From contig CAMPCD010000001.1 in NCBI GenBank assembly GCA_946643435.1, forward strand, positions 88,117 through 152,116: a stretch of DNA of 64,000 nucleotides, in the 5' to 3' direction. Source of the stretch: an uncultured bacterium (GTDB lineage Bacteria; Bacillota_I; Bacilli_A; RF39; UBA660). Positions 57,701-64,000 of the stretch are shown piece after piece. A program made the translations under genes and the position numbers. The notes below the pieces were generated by a model. It worked only from the letters and a program-made list of their open reading frames with translations. It had not been told where the DNA came from and did no database searches. Each line of letters opens with the position of its first letter. The first letter of the stretch is position 1.

Positions 57701-60283
57701 ATGGATGATAAAGAATTAGAAATAAATGAAGTAGAAGAAGTTCAAGAATCTGATGTCGAAGATGATGAACTTGAAGAAGAAACTGTTTCAACTTCTGTAG
57801 CAAATGATGAAATGGTTGATAATGATATTGTTAAAGAAATTAAAGATTCATTTTTACAATATTCAATGTCAGTTATAGTATCTCGTGCTTTACCAGACTT
57901 AAGAGATGGTTTAAAACCAGTTCATAGAAGAATACTATATTCAATGTATGAAAATGGTATTACACCTGATAAACCACATAGAAAATGTGCTACTACTGTA
58001 GGAGCCGTTATGGGTGCTTACCATCCACATGGTGATACATCTATATATGATGCTTTAGCTAGAATGGCTCAAGATTTCTCATATAGATATCTATTAATAG
58101 ATGGACATGGTAACTTTGGTTCTATGGATGGTGATGATCCTGCAGCTATGCGTTATACTGAAGCAAGATTAGCAAAATTATCACTAGAAATGACTAGAGA
58201 TATTAAAAAAGATACTATTGATTTTGTAGATAACTTTGATGCTACAAGAAAAGAACCAACAGTATTACCTTCAAGATTTCCTAATATATTAGTAAATGGT
58301 ACTATGGGTATTGCTGTAGGTATGGCAACAAATATACCTCCACATAATTTAAGAGAAGTAGTAAATGGATGTGTTGCTGTATTAGACAATCCTGATATTG
58401 ACTTAGATGAATTAATGACTATAGTTAAAGGTCCAGATTTTCCTACAGGAGCAATAATACTTGGAAATTCAGGTATTAGAAAAGCTTATGCTACAGGAAA
58501 AGGTACAATAACTATAAGAGGTAAGGTAGAAATACAAGAAAAACAAAATCATAGTTTAATTGTTATTACTGAAATACCTTATGGTGTTAATAAGAAAGAA
58601 TTACAAACAAAAATAGCTGAATTAGTTAGAGATAAAGTTATTGAAGGTATATCTGATTTACATGAAGAAACAAACCTAGAAAATGGTATTAAAATTGTTG
58701 TTACATGTAAGAAAGATGCTAATGCTAATGTAATTTTAAATAATTTATATAAATCAACACCATTACAAATAACATATGGTATTAACTTCTTAATGCTTGA
58801 TAATGGTATTCCTAAAACATTAGGACTAAAAGATATATTAATTAAATATACAAATTATCAAAAAGAAATTATTATTAGACGTACAAGATATGATCTAGGA
58901 CAAGCTGAAAATAGAGTACATATTTTAGATGGTGAAATAATTGCTATCAATAATATTGATGATTTCGTACATATTATTCGTGGTTCTAGAACAGATCAAG
59001 AAGCTAAGAGTAGATTAGAAGAAAAATATGGACTAGATAATATTCAATCTGAAGATATCTTACAAATGCGTTTAAGAAAGTTAACTGGTCTTGAATTAGA
59101 TAAAGTCACTGAAGAACGTGATGGATTATTAAAGGATATTGAAATGTATAATGCTATATTAAACTCTGATGAAATGGTAAGAGATGTTGTTAAGAAAGAA
59201 TTATTAGATATTGCTAATAGATTTGGTGATGAAAGACGTACTCATATTGATATGACTGCAATTGATTATATTGAAGATGAATCATTAATACCTGAAGAAA
59301 ATATAATAATTACATTAACTGATAAAGGTTATATTAAGAGATTATCATCTGATACATACCGTGAACAAAATCGTGGTGGTGTAGGAGTTAAAGGAATGAC
59401 TACTAACGAAGATGATTATGTTAAATTCTTAATTAATTCTTCAACTCATGATTATGTATGTATTTTCACTAATAAAGGAAGAATTTATAGATTAAAAGGA
59501 TATGAAATACCTGAATATGGTAGAAATGCTAAGGGATTACCAATTATTAACTTAATTCAAATAGAAAAAGATGAAAAAGTTAATGCAATAATCAATGTTT
59601 CACGTGAAACATCAGCTCAATATACAGTATTTGCTACTAAACAAGGTATTATTAAGAAGACTCCTAACTCTGAATTTGAAAATATTAGAAAGTCTGGTAA
59701 GATTGCTATTACGTTACATGAAGGTGATGAATTAATAGATGTTAAGTTATCAGATGGAAAACAAAATATTATTTTAGGATCTACAACAGGTAAGATTGTA
59801 GTATTTGATGAAAATGAAATTAGACCAATGGGTAGAACAGCTACTGGTGTTAAGGGTATTAACCTTGATGGTGGTGAATGTACTGGTATGGAAGTTGGAA
59901 CTGACGATGATAACTTATTAGTTATTTCTCGTAATGGATACGGTAAGCGTACATTTGTAAAAGATTATCGTAAGACTAAACGTGGTTCTAAAGGCGTATT
60001 AAGTATTAAAGCTACTGATAAAACCGGTGGTATGATAGCTCACAAGATTGTAGATAACGATAAATCATTATTAATTGTAACTGAACAAGGTATGATTATT
60101 AGAATAAGTGTTGATTCAATATCTCAATTAAATAGAGTTACTCAAGGTGTAAGATTAATTAATCTTAAAGATGATCAATATGTTTCTACAGTAAGTATTA
60201 TTTCTAAGGAAGAAGAACCTGAAGAAATGGTAGATGAAACTACAGAATCATCTAATGAAGAAATAAAGGAAGAGACTGAATAA
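57701..60283 (+). CDS. gyrA: DNA gyrase subunit A
   Basis: Active-site region [35 protein letters not shown]-terminal beta-pinwheel. 860 aa. Confidence 0.95.
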   Translation: MDDKELEINEVEEVQESDVEDDELEEETVSTSVANDEMVDNDIVKEIKDSFLQYSMSVIVSRALPDLRDGLKPVHRRILYSMYENGITPDKPHRKCATTVGAVMGAYHPHGDTSIYDALARMAQDFSYRYLLIDGHGNFGSMDGDDPAAMRYTEARLAKLSLEMTRDIKKDTIDFVDNFDATRKEPTVLPSRFPNILVNGTMGIAVGMATNIPPHNLREVVNGCVAVLDNPDIDLDELMTIVKGPDFPTGAIILGNSGIRKAYATGKGTITIRGKVEIQEKQNHSLIVITEIPYGVNKKELQTKIAELVRDKVIEGISDLHEETNLENGIKIVVTCKKDANANVILNNLYKSTPLQITYGINFLMLDNGIPKTLGLKDILIKYTNYQKEIIIRRTRYDLGQAENRVHILDGEIIAINNIDDFVHIIRGSRTDQEAKSRLEEKYGLDNIQSEDILQMRLRKLTGLELDKVTEERDGLLKDIEMYNAILNSDEMVRDVVKKELLDIANRFGDERRTHIDMTAIDYIEDESLIPEENIIITLTDKGYIKRLSSDTYREQNRGGVGVKGMTTNEDDYVKFLINSSTHDYVCIFTNKGRIYRLKGYEIPEYGRNAKGLPIINLIQIEKDEKVNAIINVSRETSAQYTVFATKQGIIKKTPNSEFENIRKSGKIAITLHEGDELIDVKLSDGKQNIILGSTTGKIVVFDENEIRPMGRTATGVKGINLDGGECTGMEVGTDDDNLLVISRNGYGKRTFVKDYRKTKRGSKGVLSIKATDKTGGMIAHKIVDNDKSLLIVTEQGMIIRISVDSISQLNRVTQGVRLINLKDDQYVSTVSIISKEEEPEEMVDETTESSNEEIKEETE
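59595..59612. promoter_or_regulatory. parS site inside gyrA coding sequence
   Basis: ATGTTTCACGTGAAACAT, an exact match to the four intergenic copies. Encodes NVSRET. Confidence 0.7.
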
Positions 60284-60296
60284 TCTCTTCTTTTTT
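60269..60296 (+). terminator. gyrA rho-independent terminator
   Basis: GAAGAGA-ctgaataa-TCTCTTC hairpin overlapping stop, then T6. Confidence 0.65.
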
Positions 60297-60300
60297 ATTA

Positions 60301-60322
60301 CAATGTTTCACGTGAAACATTG
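60301..60322. promoter_or_regulatory. parS site 1 (CAATGTTTCACGTGAAACATTG)
   Basis: Perfect 22-bp palindrome containing 16-bp parS consensus TGTTTCACGTGAAACA. Confidence 0.8.
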
Positions 60323-60343
60323 TAATGTGAATAAAATATAATA

Positions 60344-60367
60344 TATATGTTTCACGTGAAACATATG
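60344..60367. promoter_or_regulatory. parS site 2 (CATATGTTTCACGTGAAACATATG)
   Basis: Perfect 24-bp palindrome with parS core. Confidence 0.8.
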
Positions 60368-60384
60368 AGAAAATAAAAATAGTA

Positions 60385-60414
60385 TTTCTAATGTTTCACG
60401 TGAAACATTAGAAA
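60385..60414. promoter_or_regulatory. parS site 3 (TTTCTAATGTTTCACGTGAAACATTAGAAA)
   Basis: Perfect 30-bp palindrome with parS core. Confidence 0.8.
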
Positions 60415-60482
60415 TGATACAAATAAATTAAACTAACAAATGAATTATTTATTAATTTTTTTTTACTTATATATGTGACAAG

Positions 60483-60506
60483 TCAATGTTTCACGTGAAA
60501 CATTGA
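60483..60506. promoter_or_regulatory. parS site 4 (TCAATGTTTCACGTGAAACATTGA), abutting ffs promoter
   Basis: Perfect 24-bp palindrome ending 10 bp upstream of the -35 TTGTTA. Confidence 0.8.
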
Positions 60507-60515
60507 TAATAATTC

Positions 60516-60544
60516 TTGTTAATAATTAATAAATAAGATATAAT
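60516..60544 (+). promoter_or_regulatory. Promoter of SRP RNA gene
   Basis: TTGTTA(60516-60521)-17 nt-TATAAT(60539-60544). G at 60551 about 7 nt downstream. Confidence 0.6.
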
Positions 60545-60550
60545 TAAATT

Positions 60551-60627
60551 GCGCAACGATTATATTATAAACTGGTCAGGACAGGAATGTAGCAGCCACA
60601 TTAATCCCTAGTCGTGTGCGCTTTTTT
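60551..60627 (+). ncRNA. ffs: Small signal recognition particle RNA (4.5S/scRNA-type, domain IV hairpin)
   Basis: GGTCAGGACAGGAATGTAGCAGCC matches the SRP domain IV consensus GGUCAGGUCCGGAAGGAAGCAGCC with a GGAA tetraloop closed by ACA/TGT. Terminal helix GCGCAACGA/TCGTgTGCGC followed by T6. Located before tadA-dnaX as scr is in Bacillus. Confidence 0.65.
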
Positions 60628-60642
60628 AGTGAGATGATTTAT

Positions 60643-61062
60643 ATGGATAAATATATTGAAGTACTTATAAAATTATCTGACAAAGCTGAATCTATAGGTG
60701 ATATACCAGTAGGAGCAATTGTTGTAAAAGATAATAAAATAATTGGAAAAGGTTACAATAATCGAATAAAAAATAAAAAAGTTATAAGTCATGCAGAAGT
60801 GAATGCAATAATTGATGCTTCAAAGAAACTTAATGATTGGAGGCTTAATGATTGTGATTTGTATGTAACACTTGAACCATGTGATATGTGTTACGAAATA
60901 ATCAAACAATCACGTATTAAAAATGTTTATTATTTACTTGAAAATAAAGAAAAACATAAGTACAACAAAACAAATGTTCATATATTGAAATATAGTGAAG
61001 AAACAGTAGATTTATATAGAAAAAAACTTAGTAATTTCTTTGCTAAAAACTTAAATAGATAG
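60643..61062 (+). CDS. tadA: tRNA-specific adenosine deaminase TadA
   Basis: CDA zinc motifs HAEVNAI...PCDMC. Start moved to MDKYIEVL because ORF-track start (GTG 60616) lies inside the SRP RNA terminator helix. Confidence 0.8.
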   Translation: MDKYIEVLIKLSDKAESIGDIPVGAIVVKDNKIIGKGYNNRIKNKKVISHAEVNAIIDASKKLNDWRLNDCDLYVTLEPCDMCYEIIKQSRIKNVYYLLENKEKHKYNKTNVHILKYSEETVDLYRKKLSNFFAKNLNR

Positions 61063-61098
61063 GATATCTATGATATAATTGAATGTAGGTGAGGAACT

Positions 61099-62652
61099 AT
61101 GAACTACAAGGTATTATACAGAAAATATAGACCATCTAACTTTGATCAATTAATAGGTCAAGATAGCATAGTTAAAATTCTTAAAAACTCAATAATTGAA
61201 GATAAAATAGCGCATGCTTATATATTTACTGGACCTAGAGGTACTGGTAAAACTAGTACTGCTAAATTATTTGCAAAAGCGTTAAATTGTCCTAATGCAA
61301 AGAATGGTATACCTTGTGAAGAATGTTCAAATTGTATTAATTTTGCTACTTCTCCTGATATTATTGAATTAGATGCTGCATCTAATAATGGAGTAGAGTA
61401 TATAAGAGAGATTAAAGATAATGTTTTAATAGCTCCTACATCTTCTAAATATAAAATATACATAATTGATGAGGTTCATATGTTATCAAATGCAGCATGG
61501 AATGCATTCTTAAAAACACTTGAAGAACCACCTCAAAATGTAATATTTATATTGGCTACAACTGAAATACAAAAAGTTCCTATTACTGTATTATCTCGTT
61601 GTCAAAGATTTGATTTTAATAGAATTGATAGAGAACTTATACAAAAACATTTAAAAAAAATATGTGATTTAGAAAATATATCTTATAAAGAAGATGCCAT
61701 AGTTGAAATATCATATTTATCAGATGGTTGCATGCGTGATGCATTAAGTATATTGGATCAATTATCTAAGGTTTCAGATGATATAAACATGGATATATTA
61801 AAACAAAACTATGGTACTGTAACAAAAAATGATGTTGATAAAATATATTCTGATATTTTAAAAAATGATTTAGATTCATTAGTTAATGATATAAATACAA
61901 TTAAAGAATCTGGAGTAGATATTAAAATATTAATTAATAAGATGATAGAAAACTACATTAATAAGGCTATTGAAATGAAAAAGAAAAGTTTAAGTAATGC
62001 TTCTTTTACTCATATCAAGTCTGTTATAAGTGTATTAAATGAACTTTTAACTAATATTTCTACAACAACTAATGGATATTTAATACTAGAATTAAATTTA
62101 TTATCTTTTATTAATTCTGAGGATAATAGATTAAGTAGTAGAGAAGTAGAACAAATATTATCTAAGGAAATAATTCCAAGTAATATATATGAAAATGAAA
62201 GTTCTTATTACAACATTAATAAAGAATTTATAGATATAAGAGTCAATAATGCTTTTGTTGGAGCTTCTAAAGAATTAAAGGCAGAATTTATTAATAACTG
62301 GAATACATTCGTAAAAAATATAAAAGCAAATGATATTAAAGAATTATATTCAGTTACAAAAGATTCTGAACCTGTAGTAGTATCACCTACAAATGTTATT
62401 ATTACAAATAAAAGAGCAGCTATAGCTGATGTTGGAAATCATAAGCTAGATACTGTTGAAAATAAGTTTAATCAAGAGTTTAAAACTAATCTTAAATTTA
62501 TTTACTTAACACAAAGTGAATGGACTAAGATTGCTAAAACATTTGATAAAAACAAAAAATATGAATTGATTGATGATTCAAAATTTATAAATAATGTAGA
62601 TTCACAAGGTCTTGCTGAAGAAATATTTGGCGATAATGTGAATGTAGAATAG
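61099..62652 (+). CDS. dnaX: DNA polymerase III subunit gamma/tau
   Basis: AAA+ GPRGTGKTS. Zn motif CxxC...CxxC. SRC motif. 517 aa. Confidence 0.9.
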   Translation: MNYKVLYRKYRPSNFDQLIGQDSIVKILKNSIIEDKIAHAYIFTGPRGTGKTSTAKLFAKALNCPNAKNGIPCEECSNCINFATSPDIIELDAASNNGVEYIREIKDNVLIAPTSSKYKIYIIDEVHMLSNAAWNAFLKTLEEPPQNVIFILATTEIQKVPITVLSRCQRFDFNRIDRELIQKHLKKICDLENISYKEDAIVEISYLSDGCMRDALSILDQLSKVSDDINMDILKQNYGTVTKNDVDKIYSDILKNDLDSLVNDINTIKESGVDIKILINKMIENYINKAIEMKKKSLSNASFTHIKSVISVLNELLTNISTTTNGYLILELNLLSFINSEDNRLSSREVEQILSKEIIPSNIYENESSYYNINKEFIDIRVNNAFVGASKELKAEFINNWNTFVKNIKANDIKELYSVTKDSEPVVVSPTNVIITNKRAAIADVGNHKLDTVENKFNQEFKTNLKFIYLTQSEWTKIAKTFDKNKKYELIDDSKFINNVDSQGLAEEIFGDNVNVE

Positions 62653-62663
62653 GAGAGATAATT

Positions 62664-62960
62664 ATGAATATGCAAGCTATGTTACAACAAGCACAAAGAA
62701 TGCAAAAAGATATACAACAAAAACAAGAACAAATAAATAGTTCAGAATATACAGGCACTTCTGAAATGATAGATATTACAATCTATGGATCTAAAAAGAT
62801 TAAATCCGTAAATATCAAGGTTAAATCATTAGATGAAGAAGATGTAGAAGTACTTGAAGATATGATTAAAATAGCTATGAATGATGCAATTAGCAAGGTT
62901 GAAAAGGATACTGAAGCTAAATTAGGATCATACAGCAAACAATTAGGTGGTTTATTCTAA
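62664..62960 (+). CDS. ybaB: Nucleoid-associated protein YbaB/EbfC
   Basis: MNMQAMLQQAQRMQKDIQQKQEQI... 98 aa. Between dnaX and recR. Confidence 0.85.
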   Translation: MNMQAMLQQAQRMQKDIQQKQEQINSSEYTGTSEMIDITIYGSKKIKSVNIKVKSLDEEDVEVLEDMIKIAMNDAISKVEKDTEAKLGSYSKQLGGLF

Positions 62961-62961
62961 T

Positions 62962-63558
62962 ATGTTATATCCAGAGTCTTTAAGTAATGCTATTAATTCA
63001 TTTAAGAGATTACCTGGTATTGGTGAAAAAAGTGCTGAAAGATTTGCATTATCTATTCTTGATTTAGATGAAGAAGAGATAGAAGAATTTTCTAAGAGTA
63101 TTAAAACTTGTAAGGAAAGATTACATAGATGCAAGACATGTGGACATTTAACTGATAAAGAAGAATGTGCTATATGTACAGATACTAATAGAAAAGATAA
63201 TCTTATATGTGTAGTAGAAGATTATAAATCAGTGTTTATGTTTGAAAAATCAGGTACTTTTCAAGGCAAATATCATGTGTTGAATGGATTAATATCTCCT
63301 ATGGATGGAATATATCCTGAAGATATTAATTTAAGCAATTTAGTATCTAGAATAGATGGTAAAGAAAATGCAGAAATAATTATAGCATTAAAACCAACAA
63401 TAGAAGGTGAAACAACTACTCTATATATCAAGAAAATATTTGAAAATAAGAATGTTAAAATATCTAGATTATCATATGGTATTCCTATGGGAGTTGATAT
63501 TGATTACTTAGATTCAATTACACTTGATAGAGCATTATTAGATAGAATTGAATTATAG
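62962..63558 (+). CDS. recR: Recombination protein RecR
   Basis: HhH N-terminus LPGIGEKSAERF. C4 zinc finger CKTCGHL...CAIC. Toprim. Start at ATG after AGGTGG. Confidence 0.85.
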   Translation: MLYPESLSNAINSFKRLPGIGEKSAERFALSILDLDEEEIEEFSKSIKTCKERLHRCKTCGHLTDKEECAICTDTNRKDNLICVVEDYKSVFMFEKSGTFQGKYHVLNGLISPMDGIYPEDINLSNLVSRIDGKENAEIIIALKPTIEGETTTLYIKKIFENKNVKISRLSYGIPMGVDIDYLDSITLDRALLDRIEL

Positions 63559-63566
63559 GAGCAACA

Positions 63567-64000
63567 ATGAAAAATGAAGAAATAATAAATTCTATTATTA
63601 ATTCATTCCATGAGAAAAAAAATTCTCATGCTTTTTTGCTTGAAACAAACAATTTAGAATCTTGTTATAAAGATTTAATTAACATGATTAAAGTACTTAA
63701 CTGTAAGAATGGTACTATCGATGATTGTAATGTGTGTCATACGATAGATGTTGGTACAAATCCTGATATTATCACTATAAACCCTGTAAAAAAAGAGATA
63801 GGTGTAGAACCAATAAATAATATAATCAAGGTATTCTCAACTCAACCACTTATAAGTAAGTATTCTATGTATATTATATATGAAGCTGATTTATTAAGTG
63901 TTTCAGCAGCGAACACAATTCTTAAGTTTTTAGAGGAACCTGAAGAAGGAATAGTTGGATTCTTTATTACTAGTAGACTAAGTTCTATGCTACCTACTAT
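63567..64000 (+). CDS. holB: DNA polymerase III delta-prime subunit (HolB), N-terminal part; continues past window end
   Basis: MKNEEIINSIINSFHEKKNSHAFLLETN..., Zn module CNVCHT, ...LKFLEEPEEG. AGGAG SD. No stop before 64000. Confidence 0.7.
   Translation, partial: MKNEEIINSIINSFHEKKNSHAFLLETNNLESCYKDLINMIKVLNCKNGTIDDCNVCHTIDVGTNPDIITINPVKKEIGVEPINNIIKVFSTQPLISKYSMYIIYEADLLSVSAANTILKFLEEPEEGIVGFFITSRLSSMLPT

Noticed and set aside
60301-60506. CRISPR array (short repeats with spacers)
   Set aside because: The repeats are perfect palindromes matching parS. Spacers are of unequal length (about 24, 26 and 80 nt) and there are no cas genes, so this is not CRISPR.
60616-60642. ORF-track start of tadA (GTG at 60616, MRFFSEMIY...)
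   Set aside because: This stretch is the 3' helix and U-tract of the SRP RNA. The downstream ATG at 60643 has a plausible SD (GAGATGA), and MDKYIEVL is a normal TadA N-terminus.

Overview
AT-rich (roughly 27% GC by eye) chromosomal origin region of a low-GC Firmicute-type bacterium. It uses the standard genetic code: long intact ORFs for GyrA, GyrB and AddA show no read-through problems. The window holds the classic ori-proximal gene set in Bacillus-like order. On the minus strand: dnaB(partial)-rplI ... rpsR-ssb-rpsF ... prfA-prmC, rpoE, parB-rsmG-mnmG-mnmE, jag-yidC-rnpA-rpmH. On the plus strand: oriC-dnaA-dnaN-(comK-like)-recF-gyrB-gyrA-[parS array]-ffs(SRP RNA)-tadA-dnaX-ybaB-recR-holB(partial). 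Other housekeeping genes are recG, argS, murA, rpmE, addB/addA, cobB, rpiB, a tRNA-Glu and a rubrerythrin. Accessory or lineage-specific material includes: a three-gene block of low-complexity hypothetical proteins with a small XRE regulator (7.0-10.8 kb); cell-envelope genes (two D,D-carboxypeptidases, an NlpC/P60 hydrolase, a beta-helix surface protein, a PT-repeat lipoprotein, an ATP-grasp plus GT4 glycosyltransferase pair); and several small membrane proteins. The most striking non-coding structure is a tandem array of four perfect 18-bp parS palindromes (ATGTTTCACGTGAAACAT) between gyrA and a small SRP RNA gene, with a fifth copy inside gyrA. It accompanies a ParB with no adjacent ParA/Soj. 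Two ~100-nt promoter-to-terminator units with RsaE/RoxS-like C-rich unpaired stretches look like novel sRNA candidates. oriC carries AT-rich DnaA-box variants (TTATCAACA / TTTTCAACA) on both sides of dnaA.
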